A stretch of DNA of 64,000 nt. Origin: Bacteroidota bacterium (GTDB lineage Bacteria > Bacteroidota > Bacteroidia > UKL13-3). The stretch lies in the NCBI GenBank assembly GCA_040388375.1, contig JAZKBU010000007.1, positions 86,403 to 150,402 on the forward strand, in the 5' to 3' direction. Within the stretch, counting starts at the first letter, position 1, and every line of letters begins with the position of its first letter. The notes below the pieces were generated by a model, which did no database searches, was not told the DNA's origin, and was given only the letters and a program-made list of their open reading frames with translations. The translations under genes were made by a program, and so were the position numbers. Below, piece by piece: positions 46,546-55,805 of the stretch.

Positions 46546-47103
46546 TTATTGGCTGTTTGATAAGGTTAAATAGTCAAAGCCTATAGGGCTTTTAAAAATA
46601 CAAATGTTTGTTGTTTCTCCAATGGTAATTGCATCCCAATAGTCTTCCCTGCAAAGCAGTCGTTGGGTTTGGTTTTCAATATTTACTACCAGTATATATT
46701 TTTCAACTCGTTTATAGCCGCCATTACTAAATTGTTTATCAATCACCATAAAGTTGCCACATTCATAGAGGGATGAAATTTTTGAATTTAAAATTTGCCC
46801 GCCTAACATAAAGGTTCCAACAAAGCCAATGGAAAACATATTTGCAAGGTTGTAATAATTTATAAGCATAGTAGGATTTAGGATAACGAAGGGCTTAATT
46901 TTTCTGGCAATGGTTAACCCTGCAATTAAACCTATTGTTCCGAAAGTAAAGGCAAATAAATAGGGGCTATTGTAGTTTTTAAAATTATCAACTCCTACAA
47001 TACCTGCAAACATTCCTCCAAATAAAGAAACGAAAAAGATGATTACAATAGTTACTTGCTTGCCTTTGGAAGTTTTTTTTAAGTTTATTTTCTGCTTAGC
47101 CAT
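46546..47103 (-). CDS. Hypothetical membrane protein
   Basis: 185 aa, 3-4 TM helices, soluble C-terminal domain. 5-nt gap to the lipase gene. Confidence 0.6.
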   Translation of the reverse strand: MAKQKINLKKTSKGKQVTIVIIFFVSLFGGMFAGIVGVDNFKNYNSPYLFAFTFGTIGLIAGLTIARKIKPFVILNPTMLINYYNLANMFSIGFVGTFMLGGQILNSKISSLYECGNFMVIDKQFSNGGYKRVEKYILVVNIENQTQRLLCREDYWDAITIGETTNICIFKSPIGFDYLTLSNSQ

Positions 47104-47123
47104 GTTATTGCTTTGAATATTTG

Positions 47124-47750
47124 TTAGCTGCTTAATTTTTCTATGATGGTTGCAAAAAGGTGTGGTATTCTACTCAAGCCTTCTAATGTTTCATTTGTAT
47201 TTAATATAAGTCCTGTTATTGTTTGTGGAATCAACCCCAGTATTTCAAGTACAATTATCATGATGGGTAAAATTAAATAAGCCCAAAGCGGGTATTTAAA
47301 TTTGGTTGTTAAGCCTGAAAATACACTGTTAAAAGCTAACATAATCCGCTCTTTATAATGCCATAGAATTAAAAAATCAAGAAATAAATAGTAGGAGAGT
47401 CGCCAATAAAAGCCGGGCATTTTTATATAGGTAATATCAATAATTAAAATGTTGGCAAGAATAGGAATGGAAAGCAATGCACCTAAAATAAGAGTGCGGT
47501 TATATAACAGTAACAACGCAGCTATTATCTGCGATATACCTACAAACGATTTGAAAGGCTCCTGTTCAAAAAAATACCAGGATAGTTTAAACAAGCGTAA
47601 GTCTTTAACGGGTGTTGACAGTTCTTTATCTGATAAACCAAATTGCCCTTCAGTAAGTTTAGCCCAACCATAGCTTAAAAATGTATAGGCTATTAAAACC
47701 CTTGCACAAAGAATAAAATAGTCCCAAAGTTTTTGCTTCCGTTCGGTCAT
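47124..47750 (-). CDS. DoxX-like membrane protein (putative)
   Basis: 208 aa, 4 TM helices. N-terminal RVLIAYTFLSYGWAKL resembles the DoxX family. Confidence 0.6.
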   Translation of the reverse strand: MTERKQKLWDYFILCARVLIAYTFLSYGWAKLTEGQFGLSDKELSTPVKDLRLFKLSWYFFEQEPFKSFVGISQIIAALLLLYNRTLILGALLSIPILANILIIDITYIKMPGFYWRLSYYLFLDFLILWHYKERIMLAFNSVFSGLTTKFKYPLWAYLILPIMIIVLEILGLIPQTITGLILNTNETLEGLSRIPHLFATIIEKLSS

Positions 47751-47843
47751 TATATAAGTAGTTACATTTGTTACCGAAGGGCTGCTAATTCAGCCCTTCG
47801 ATGGATAAATATACAAATGTATTTTAAAACGCAAAATTTTACT

Positions 47844-47938
47844 GGTTGGTGAGGACACTAACCACGGACAAAAAAAATACTTTTTTGTCCGTGACAAATA
47901 TCTCTATGGTCGTCAATGGTTGTGTCTCCCGACCAACC
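47844..47938 (+). repeat. Family D short form: inverted pair of REP-like hairpins (BIME-like), copy D1
   Basis: Left ggttggtg-agga-cactaacc (47844-47863). Right ggttgtgtctcccgaccaacc (47918-47938), the inverted hairpin ggttggtc-ggga-gacacaacc. Central hairpin acggacaaaaaa-aatac-ttttttgtccgt. Confidence 0.85.
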
Positions 47939-47952
47939 ATTAACCAGTTTTT

Positions 47953-49203
47953 TTAAGCAAATGCATGTTCTTCTATTGCTTCTTTATTGCTAAATGCAGT
48001 GGTATTACTATTTGCTATTTCAAAAAGTATAATAGAGGTTTCTGCATTCGGTCTTTCATTAATTTGTTTCAGATACTTGAGTGAAATAGTACCAATAATA
48101 AAACCCGATTCATGGTTAAGGTATGATTCATTGATGGTTTCAAAATATTTTTTAAACTCGCTGCCATAAGCTAAATCATGGCGTAAAAATATTTTGAGCA
48201 TAATGTCTGATTCATTGGCTAATGTTTCCTTTTGATTTAGTTTTTTATACTCATACCTGTAATCATAACTCAGTGCTGAAATATCGGATAATACGGCTGA
48301 AGCTGTTGGATAAGCGCCTGCTCCTTTACCCACAAAAAACTGTACATCGCTGAAATAGGACTTTGTTTTTACCCCATTGAATACATCATCAACTGAAAAT
48401 AGCTTGTCGCTTTTATGAATGAATTTTGGCAATACAAATGATCTTATTTTACCATCGGCTGTTTTTTCGGCATAGGCAACCAGTTTTATTTTTAAACCTT
48501 TTTCGCGGGCATAGTTTAATTCGAGTTCACCAATTTTATCTATTCCTATATTGTAAATATCGTTGGGTTTGGCTACCACGCCAAAGGCATGGGCAATTAA
48601 CAGCAGCAGCTTATATTTAGCATCAAAGCCACCTGTGTCCATTATGGGGTTAGACTCTGCATAACCTTTTTGTTGTGCTTGCAGTAAAGCATCGGCATAC
48701 GAAATATTTTCTTCTGATGTTTTGGTGAGTATATAGTTGGTAGAGCCATTTACAATGCCTTCAATAGATTCTAATAAATCGTTGTCATAGTATTCTTCTA
48801 AATTACGAATAATCGGAATGCTGGCACAGCAGGCTGCTTCGTATAGCAGCGGAACATTGTATTGCCTTTGTAATTGCAGTAACTCTTCAAAATGTTCTGC
48901 AATCATTTTTTTGTTGGCCGTTACTACAGCCTTGCCTTTTTGCAAAGCCGTTTTTACAATTTCAAATGCTGCATCGGTATCGTCAATTAACTCCACAATG
49001 GTATTGATGCTATCATCATTAAAAATATCATGCTTATCAAAAGTGAAATGATGCGCAGGTATTTGCCTTTGTTTGTTTTTATCTTTTACACAAATGCGTT
49101 TGATGTTTGCTTTTAGTCCGGGTGTTTTTTCCAACACTTCGTACAGTCCATAACCTACACAACCAAAACCAAATAAGCCTATTGTTAAATCTTTTCTATT
49201 CAT
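47953..49203 (-). CDS. hom: Homoserine dehydrogenase
   Basis: 416 aa. NAD-binding GLFGFGCVGYGL, catalytic-domain blocks (GIVNGSTNYIL, AQQKGYAESNP), ACT-like tail. Confidence 0.9.
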   Translation of the reverse strand: MNRKDLTIGLFGFGCVGYGLYEVLEKTPGLKANIKRICVKDKNKQRQIPAHHFTFDKHDIFNDDSINTIVELIDDTDAAFEIVKTALQKGKAVVTANKKMIAEHFEELLQLQRQYNVPLLYEAACCASIPIIRNLEEYYDNDLLESIEGIVNGSTNYILTKTSEENISYADALLQAQQKGYAESNPIMDTGGFDAKYKLLLLIAHAFGVVAKPNDIYNIGIDKIGELELNYAREKGLKIKLVAYAEKTADGKIRSFVLPKFIHKSDKLFSVDDVFNGVKTKSYFSDVQFFVGKGAGAYPTASAVLSDISALSYDYRYEYKKLNQKETLANESDIMLKIFLRHDLAYGSEFKKYFETINESYLNHESGFIIGTISLKYLKQINERPNAETSIILFEIANSNTTAFSNKEAIEEHAFA

Positions 49204-49215
49204 TGGTTGTATGTT

Positions 49216-50382
49216 TTATGCAGTGAACGATAATTTTTTTGTTGCAGAACGAATGGCAGTTTGCAAATCGCTGATTAAGTCTTCAACATCTTCCAGTCCA
49301 ACCGACAAACGGATTAAGCTATCTGTAACACCTGATTGGTAGCGCTTTTCAACCGGAATTGATTTGTGGGTCATTTCGCAGGGAAGGCATATTAAACTTT
49401 TTACACCACCTAAACTTTCGGCCAGTTTAAAGTATTTTGTACTGCTTACAATTTGAGTGGCCAGCTCTTTGTCATCTATTTTTAAATCGAAGGTAACTAC
49501 GCCACCAAAATATTTTTGTTGCTGTTTGGCTATGTGGTGGTTGGTGTGTTGTGTTAGTCCCGGGTAGTACACATTGTTTACAATATCCTGTGTCAATAAA
49601 AACTCTGCTATACGTTGTGCATTTTCTGAGTGTTGCTTTACGCGTAAGGGCAGGGTTTCTATTCCACGTATTACCAACCAACTGTCAAACGGGGCTAATA
49701 TGGCTCCTGAAGCATTTTGAATGAACTTAATTTTTTCGCCTAATTCAGTTGTATTGGTAACTACTAAACCGGCTATTAAATCGCTGTGTCCGGCTAAGTA
49801 TTTGGTAGCGGAGTGAATGACTATATCTGCTCCTAAATCAATTGGTTTTTGTGAGGCAGGTGAAGCAAATGTATTGTCAACACACAATAAAGTATTGTTT
49901 GCTTTGGCTATTTTAGCAATGGCTGCAATGTCGGCAATTTTAAGTGTTGGGTTGGTTGGCGACTCTAACCATATCAATTTTGTTTTATTGGTAATGGCAT
50001 CAGCAATATTGTTTGCCTGTGTGGCATCCACATACTTTACGGTAATACCAAATTTTTCATAGATGTGTGTGAACAGCCTGAATGCACCACCATAAATATC
50101 GTCAACGGCTACAATTTCATCGCCTGTTTGTAATAGCTTTACTACGGCATCAATGGCGGCAAGCCCACTTGCAAATGCGTAACCGTTTGTTCCATTTTCT
50201 AAGGTGGCTATTAAGTCTTCTACTACTTTTCTTGTAGGGTTGTTACTGCGGGCATAGTCGTAACCTTTGTTTACACCGGGTGCTTCCTGCACGTAGGTTG
50301 ATGTTTGGTAAATAGGGGTTGAAACGGCTCCGGTTAGTTTGTCAACGGGGATGCTGTGCAGAATTTTTGTAGTGTCTTTCAT
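49216..50382 (-). CDS. PLP-dependent trans-sulfuration enzyme (cystathionine gamma-synthase / beta-lyase family)
   Basis: 388 aa. VIHSATKYLAGHSD contains the PLP lysine. Cys/Met metabolism family layout. Confidence 0.9.
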   Translation of the reverse strand: MKDTTKILHSIPVDKLTGAVSTPIYQTSTYVQEAPGVNKGYDYARSNNPTRKVVEDLIATLENGTNGYAFASGLAAIDAVVKLLQTGDEIVAVDDIYGGAFRLFTHIYEKFGITVKYVDATQANNIADAITNKTKLIWLESPTNPTLKIADIAAIAKIAKANNTLLCVDNTFASPASQKPIDLGADIVIHSATKYLAGHSDLIAGLVVTNTTELGEKIKFIQNASGAILAPFDSWLVIRGIETLPLRVKQHSENAQRIAEFLLTQDIVNNVYYPGLTQHTNHHIAKQQQKYFGGVVTFDLKIDDKELATQIVSSTKYFKLAESLGGVKSLICLPCEMTHKSIPVEKRYQSGVTDSLIRLSVGLEDVEDLISDLQTAIRSATKKLSFTA

Positions 50383-50490
50383 TTGTGTTTTGAATTAAGT
50401 TGTTAAACATTTTTTATGTTCTTTCATCCCGATACTATCGGGAAAACTTATCCAAAACGGCTGGTAGAAATAACCTTGCGAAAAAGCCTT

Positions 50491-50530
50491 TAAACTAAAA
50501 AAGCTCTTCCGACAGGTCAGAAGAGCTTTT
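50491..50530 (-). terminator. Leader (attenuator) terminator of the SAM riboswitch
   Basis: The minus strand reads aaaagctcttc-tgacctgtcg-gaagagct followed by ttttttagttt. The 8-bp stem is 50502-50509 / 50520-50527. Confidence 0.8.
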
Positions 50531-50579
50531 AATATATTTCCCTATGCATCGGGATATTTTATTATTGACTATTTTCTAA

Positions 50580-50682
50580 CTTATCTATCTCTAATTACTT
50601 AGAGTTGAATTTGGCACCTTCCTACTTTCGTAGGGGTTGTCAAGACTTCATCGGGTCAATTCCCTCTGTCTTTCTGGATAAG
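50580..50682 (-). promoter_or_regulatory. SAM-I (S-box) riboswitch
   Basis: The minus strand reads CTTATCCAGAAAGACAGAGGGAATTGACCCGATGAAGTCTTGACAACCCCTACGAAAGTAGGAAGGTGCCAAATTCAACTCTAAGTAATTAGAGATAGATAAG. It matches the SAM-I core (CTTATCaAGAGaGG..GAGGGA.TGGCCCGATGAA.C...GCAACC....GGTGCCAATTCC......AGATaAG), with P1 cttatc/gataag. Lies upstream of met genes. Confidence 0.9.
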
Positions 50683-50704
50683 AATATTTATTAAGAACGC
50701 GTGG

Positions 50705-50737
50705 CAAACATAACAATATAAAAATGAATCGACCAAA
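50705..50737 (-). promoter_or_regulatory. Candidate promoter of the riboswitch-metB-hom transcript: TTTG-N21-TATGTTTG
   Basis: On the minus strand, -33 TTTG is at 50737-50734 and -7 TATGTTTG at 50712-50705. That puts the TSS ~15 nt upstream of P1. Confidence 0.55.
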
Positions 50738-50879
50738 TTTTTTTTATAAAAAAAATTATGTGGGTTTAAATTGGGGGCTTTATAGGAACGGATAAATAGT
50801 TGTTTATGTAGGGCTTTAGCACTAGCAAATTGGTCCTGTATTTTATACTTTATAATGTTTTAAATATTACACTTGTCTT

Positions 50880-52562
50880 TCACTCTATCCATACAGGAAT
50901 ATTTATATAGCTGTCGTTGTACCAATTTATATGCAAAGGTTCATTAGCATCTTTTATAGTTTCGTCTGCTACATTTTTACCCGAGCCATAATTAATTATT
51001 TCAAAAGGATGTTTGTTAATGTTTAAAAGAATAACCAACTTACTTCCTTTGCTTATTTTTTTACTGATTAAGTGTGTATTTGAAAATGGTATTGTTTCTT
51101 TTTGATTTGGTTTTAGCAGGGTTCTTTTGCTGTTGTTTTTTGTGAAACTAGCACGGCCAATATATCGGGTAAGGAAAAAATATTTTCCATCGGCCTGCAG
51201 TTCATATAAAGCCATTGAAATATCCAGATCTTTTTTGTTGATGGCTGCACTTAGTTGCCCTGTAAATGAGCCATTTATTGAAAAGTCTTTTTCAAATGTT
51301 TTTGTTGAAAACACTAATCCATTACTGGTGTCAAGTGCGTCAAAAACAATTGTTGGCGTAAAGTAATTGTTTTGATTTTGTCTGTCTTTAAAATCTACTG
51401 TTTGTGAAATACTGCTTGTTGTTTTTGGTTTTTGGGAGTCGAGTGTATGATTATTCAAATAAAAGGTCAACGTATCGTTATTCATTTTGGATAAGGATTC
51501 AACATGTTTCCATTCATTACTTCCCATTACCTGATAATTTATTTTGTTTTTCAGAAGGGCAGGTTTTTTACCATTTTTTAAAATATAGTTGAGCCACTGA
51601 AAAGCCAAATCCTGCATACTTATATTTGCAACCGAGTCAATATTATATCCCATTAAGTTTGAAGATGCATAGCGTTGCCCACCCCAATGGTCATAAGGCC
51701 CAACAACAAAATAATGATTGGCTTTTTTGTTGTATTGGTTATGCAGTTTAAAGTATTGCAAAGCACTTAATTCTGCACCGTCATAATAACCGGTTGTGCT
51801 TAAAACTGGAATGTTGATGTTGGCAAATTCTTTTGGTGTTGGAACTAATAATTTCCAAAAATCGTCATAGGAAGGGTGTTGTAACCATTTCTGGAATATT
51901 GGGTTTGGTTGTCCTGCCAAACTATCTAAACTACGGAATGAAAGACCTTTTTCAAACCATTCAAATACTAAACCATTTCTTAATGGTTGGAATTTATAAA
52001 TATTGTCATTTGCCCAATTGAGTATGTTTGTAGTAGGTACATTATTTTCCATGGGCATGTCAAATCCGGGCATTACAGCAACTTGTGGTACAATGGTTTT
52101 TAAAGCGGGATGTAGTTTTTTTGTAGTTGCCCATTGCGAAAAACCAGTATAGCTTCCTCCGTACATGCCCACTTTACCGTTGCACCATGGTTGCTTACTT
52201 ATCCAATCAATGATGTCGTAAATGTCTGTTGCTTCATGTTCAAATGGGGCATAATTCTTTAAATCTGACCGGATACCACGGGCATAGGCAACTACACCAA
52301 CATAATCTTTATCGGCCGATCTCTTTCCAAGTATGGCATCTCCTTTACCTTGATAATAGGTTGTATAAAAAAGAATGGTTGGCAGGGGTAGGGTATCTGT
52401 TTGCTTACGAACAATAATAGCAGAAATAGGTATCCCACTTTTTGTTGGAATTAATATGCTGTCTTGTACAATATAGCAACTGTCGGGCAAAGCTTGTTTT
52501 TGGGCAAAAGCTGTTGTAACGCTGCTTAATAAAAGTAAAAATATATAAATATAATGCTGCAT
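50880..52562 (-). CDS. CocE/NonD family hydrolase (S15 X-Pro dipeptidyl-peptidase-like), secreted
   Basis: 560 aa with a signal peptide. Nucleophile elbow GMYGGSYTGFSQW. C-terminal beta-sandwich region. Confidence 0.85.
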   Translation of the reverse strand: MQHYIYIFLLLLSSVTTAFAQKQALPDSCYIVQDSILIPTKSGIPISAIIVRKQTDTLPLPTILFYTTYYQGKGDAILGKRSADKDYVGVVAYARGIRSDLKNYAPFEHEATDIYDIIDWISKQPWCNGKVGMYGGSYTGFSQWATTKKLHPALKTIVPQVAVMPGFDMPMENNVPTTNILNWANDNIYKFQPLRNGLVFEWFEKGLSFRSLDSLAGQPNPIFQKWLQHPSYDDFWKLLVPTPKEFANINIPVLSTTGYYDGAELSALQYFKLHNQYNKKANHYFVVGPYDHWGGQRYASSNLMGYNIDSVANISMQDLAFQWLNYILKNGKKPALLKNKINYQVMGSNEWKHVESLSKMNNDTLTFYLNNHTLDSQKPKTTSSISQTVDFKDRQNQNNYFTPTIVFDALDTSNGLVFSTKTFEKDFSINGSFTGQLSAAINKKDLDISMALYELQADGKYFFLTRYIGRASFTKNNSKRTLLKPNQKETIPFSNTHLISKKISKGSKLVILLNINKHPFEIINYGSGKNVADETIKDANEPLHINWYNDSYINIPVWIE

Positions 52563-52607
52563 TATTTTGTCTTCTTATTGTTTGTCCGGTGGTATTTAAA
52601 ATACCTT

Positions 52608-53237
52608 CTACTGTTTTTGCTTGTTTGTTTTTAGGTGTTCAAAATTTTTGGTATTGGTAAAATAGTGTAGCACCAGAATTAAAACAATGGTTGATGCAAA
52701 CAAAACTTTTTGAATGATGGCGAGGTACTCGCGAAAATAACTGGAGCCATACATAAAAAGGGTACTATAAAAAACAAGAAGATAAAGGACGCACAGTAAT
52801 TTTAAAAAATGCAGTTGTGATTTTAAAATAAAAACGGTGATATAAAATATACTTACCAAAAACAGGATACTGGCTATGATAACCATTATATTATGTAATG
52901 GTGTTGCTATTAAAAAGGTAAATAACATGCCTGCTGCACCCAAATATTTAACCACATTGGCGGCATTTTGTATTGGTATTTTCTTTGAAAAATCAATAAA
53001 GAACAGGGCAAAACTAATGGATAGAAAAATCATTCCGACAGTAGCCCAGGGCCGTGATGCATTATCTGAACCATTTATAGCTTTTGCTTCAAACAGATTG
53101 CTTATAAAATTTTCTGACCAGTTAAAACCAATTGAATTATAGTTAAATATGGAACCTCCCGGATAAACCATTGTAGCAATTAGCATAAGGAATACTGAAA
53201 GAGTTACTCCTGATAATATGGAATGTTTTTTTAGCAT
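52608..53237 (-). CDS. Polytopic membrane protein (DUF998-like)
   Basis: 209 aa, ~6 TM helices. YPGGSIFNYNSIGFNWSENFISNLF resembles the DUF998 N-terminal signature. Confidence 0.65.
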   Translation of the reverse strand: MLKKHSILSGVTLSVFLMLIATMVYPGGSIFNYNSIGFNWSENFISNLFEAKAINGSDNASRPWATVGMIFLSISFALFFIDFSKKIPIQNAANVVKYLGAAGMLFTFLIATPLHNIMVIIASILFLVSIFYITVFILKSQLHFLKLLCVLYLLVFYSTLFMYGSSYFREYLAIIQKVLFASTIVLILVLHYFTNTKNFEHLKTNKQKQ

Positions 53238-53254
53238 TTTATATTTGATTGATG

Positions 53255-53986
53255 TTATTGCATATAAGGTTGAATATTTCCTTGAATAGTGTCGTTGATT
53301 TGTACTTTATATTTTATGGCGGGTTTGTTTTTAACCAGGTAATCTTCAAATGCATAATAACAACTTGTAGCTGCTTTAATGTCCAACTCGTTTGCATTGT
53401 CCCAGCGAATATCGGTGAAGCAGTCAAAGTCGTATTTTGATATGTAAAAATTACCAAATTTAGGAATGCTGTCGCCTTGGTTAATAACCGATATGTTTAA
53501 AAAGTAATTGCCGTTTACGGGTTTAACATATTTATAAACTATCAAGTCGTATTGCCCATTTGGTGAGGTACTGCGGTAAAATATTTTGCGTTGAAATGAT
53601 GAGTCAATCGGATCAGTTTGTATTACTTTTATTACCACTCCGTTTATCATGGTATCGTTTAGGTTTGATTTGTTATTACTGATAAACTCGGTGAATTTCT
53701 CTGCAATCATAATGGTGTCGTTACCGTTCCAGTATATGCTATCTATGTCTAAGCTTGAAAAGGACTTGTTTGCACCTTGTGTAAAGCTATCAGTAGCATT
53801 CATGATGGTGGTGAAAGATGTTCGGCTGCCATCCCAGGCGCCTTGTTCAAAACGGTATGTTAAAAGGTATTTAGCACCGTTAGGGGAATAAACTCTTGCT
53901 ATTTCGGTATAGGTTCCGGGTGAATTGATAAAGCTGCAGCCTGCAAGCGTTAATGTAATGATTAATATAATTAAAGTTAATCTCAA
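53255..53986 (-). CDS. Hypothetical lipoprotein with duplicated SPNG-x-Y motif
   Basis: 243 aa. Lipobox TLAGCS. YSPNGAKYLLTY and TSPNGQYDLIVY recur. Confidence 0.65.
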   Translation of the reverse strand: MRLTLIILIITLTLAGCSFINSPGTYTEIARVYSPNGAKYLLTYRFEQGAWDGSRTSFTTIMNATDSFTQGANKSFSSLDIDSIYWNGNDTIMIAEKFTEFISNNKSNLNDTMINGVVIKVIQTDPIDSSFQRKIFYRSTSPNGQYDLIVYKYVKPVNGNYFLNISVINQGDSIPKFGNFYISKYDFDCFTDIRWDNANELDIKAATSCYYAFEDYLVKNKPAIKYKVQINDTIQGNIQPYMQ

Positions 53987-54032
53987 TGTTTGTTAGTTAT
54001 AAATGGTCGTAAACCAAAACATACATGTACTA

Positions 54033-54344
54033 TTATACGGTGCGTTTATTTTGGTATGGTTTTTTATTTAGCTTGTATAAATAAATGAGTCCTGAAGATA
54101 TTATCCAAAGTATTACAAAATAGAAGAGTAGTGTTAAATAAAGCCCCCCTTCATCGGGCCTTTTTATTATATCATTAATGGCAATTGCCGGTAGCAAACA
54201 AAAAAACTCTATTACTATTTTTATATTGGTTGAACTTCTTGAGGCATTAGCAAATGCATATCCGCTATGTAAATAAGTAAAACTAAGTAGCAGATACATG
54301 ATACCTATAAGTAAGGATGTGTATATTATTTTCTTATGATTCAT
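54033..54344 (-). CDS. Small membrane protein (3 TM)
   Basis: 103 aa. Stop of the upstream gene and this start are 2 nt apart. Confidence 0.6.
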   Translation of the reverse strand: MNHKKIIYTSLLIGIMYLLLSFTYLHSGYAFANASRSSTNIKIVIEFFCLLPAIAINDIIKRPDEGGLYLTLLFYFVILWIISSGLIYLYKLNKKPYQNKRTV

Positions 54345-54346
54345 TT

Positions 54347-54955
54347 TTAATTTCGTGGAAAGGTAACATAAGTATAAGTAAATCTTAGCGTTTTGTTTGT
54401 TTGTCCGGCTGAATTTAACTCTGTTAATGTTTCTATATTATTAAAGTCGTTATAGGTAATATTTATTTTTTTCCAGCCGTCCGCAATTTGTTCAATTCTA
54501 TTTTGATTGTCATAAACAAAGCTGCTTGAATAAATAGTTGAAGGACCGGAAATGGAGTAATTGGTAATTCTTCCGTCCTTGTCGTAAGTCATGGTATAAT
54601 TGCTCCTTAAGTTTGCTTGCAGATGTTTATTTTCAATTTTGATGTTTGTTTGTCCTGCTTGTCCTGTTAGTTGTTCGCGGTCAGGAAAATAATAGGGGAA
54701 ACGAAAATGGTCATTACAAAAGTTGATGTTGAACTTTGGCTTTAAACTATCAGGTGTATTACCGCAGGCTGTTTGGTAAATTATTTTATTTTTCGGAATA
54801 GAGTCTGATGGGTCGTTCTGGTAAACGGTTACCGAGTCAACTCCCTGCCATTGATTTTCATTTTTTTGATTGGAAACAGTGGTTTGCCCGCAGGAAATTA
54901 TACAAATGCTTGTTAACAGGATGCTTACTGTTTTAGTGATTGTGCTACTATGCAT
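54347..54955 (-). CDS. Hypothetical lipoprotein with YD-repeat-like motifs
   Basis: 202 aa. Lipobox IISCGQ. YDKDGRITNYS and VYDNQNRIEQI resemble RHS/YD units. Confidence 0.65.
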   Translation of the reverse strand: MHSSTITKTVSILLTSICIISCGQTTVSNQKNENQWQGVDSVTVYQNDPSDSIPKNKIIYQTACGNTPDSLKPKFNINFCNDHFRFPYYFPDREQLTGQAGQTNIKIENKHLQANLRSNYTMTYDKDGRITNYSISGPSTIYSSSFVYDNQNRIEQIADGWKKINITYNDFNNIETLTELNSAGQTNKTLRFTYTYVTFPRN

Positions 54956-54986
54956 TTTCTTTTACTTCAAAAAGTCTAAATGTATT

Positions 54987-55418
54987 TTATGGTTTAATAA
55001 TAATGTATGGCCTCACACATTCAGGCAAATCATTGGTGGTTTTGATGGCTTTGTTCATAAACAAATTAATAATTACGCCTTTGCCGTTTATATTACCAAT
55101 AATCAGCAATTGTTCGTAGGTATCTATTTTTGTGACATAGCCAACCAAGTCATTATTAACAACTGAAACCTTAATTTTGGTAGGGCTTTTAAGTTGTAGC
55201 AATAACTCTTTCTGGCGTTTGGGTAAATCTGTCAATGATTCATAAGTCCAGGTAAAAACATAGTCACTACACTTAATCATATTGCCTTTTGTTTGGCAGT
55301 TAGCCGGTGCCATAAAATGTTTACCACAAAACTCGCTCGAGTCTGCCGTTTGCCCTAACAATATGTTTGAACAGGCTGTCAGTATAACAGCGAGTATCAA
55401 TTGTTTAATTGTTTTCAT
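54987..55418 (-). CDS. Hypothetical secreted protein
   Basis: 143 aa with a signal peptide (ILAVILTACSNILLGQ). Confidence 0.6.
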   Translation of the reverse strand: MKTIKQLILAVILTACSNILLGQTADSSEFCGKHFMAPANCQTKGNMIKCSDYVFTWTYESLTDLPKRQKELLLQLKSPTKIKVSVVNNDLVGYVTKIDTYEQLLIIGNINGKGVIINLFMNKAIKTTNDLPECVRPYIIIKP

Positions 55419-55445
55419 ATGTGTGTTGGTTTAAAGGTCATGGTT

Positions 55446-55766
55446 TTATTTGGAAATATAATTTGTATAAAAAGTACCTGTTCCTTTAGCATCAAGCCGC
55501 CCAACAATTACCTCTTCGGAGCTGGCTGATAGTTCCAGTTTTGGCCGCAGGTGAATATGTTCTCTTGCACCTGTTGGCAATCCTGTTACATTATTCTGGT
55601 TGAGTTCGGCTAGCTGTATTAAAAGTTTTGCCAACGATTTAAGTCCTTCCGGATCGCCATGGATTAGTACTTCTTTCCATTGCATTTTTTCGCCATCCAG
55701 TTCATCTTCGTTTTCATTAACAATAATATCTAAGTGCCCACTTATTACTGATTTATATGAATCCAT
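55446..55766 (-). CDS. Small cytoplasmic protein, Imm32-like (putative polymorphic-toxin immunity protein)
   Basis: 106 aa, no signal peptide. LIHGDPEGLKSLAKLLIQLAE...GAREHIHL resembles my recollection of the Imm32 family pattern (conserved E/H after a helix). Not verified. Confidence 0.55.
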   Translation of the reverse strand: MDSYKSVISGHLDIIVNENEDELDGEKMQWKEVLIHGDPEGLKSLAKLLIQLAELNQNNVTGLPTGAREHIHLRPKLELSASSEEVIVGRLDAKGTGTFYTNYISK

Positions 55767-55805
55767 TGTTTTGTTCCTTTATTGTATTTACCAACTTTAA
55801 CAAGT

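Noticed and set aside
42093-47950. A classical integrative genomic island at the 3-prime end of tRNA-Met.
   Set aside because: There is no integrase, excisionase or mobilisation gene. By eye I could not find a downstream direct repeat of the tRNA 3-prime end (ttcgattctgctccccgct). Only the weaker family E repeats were found, and these are reported separately.
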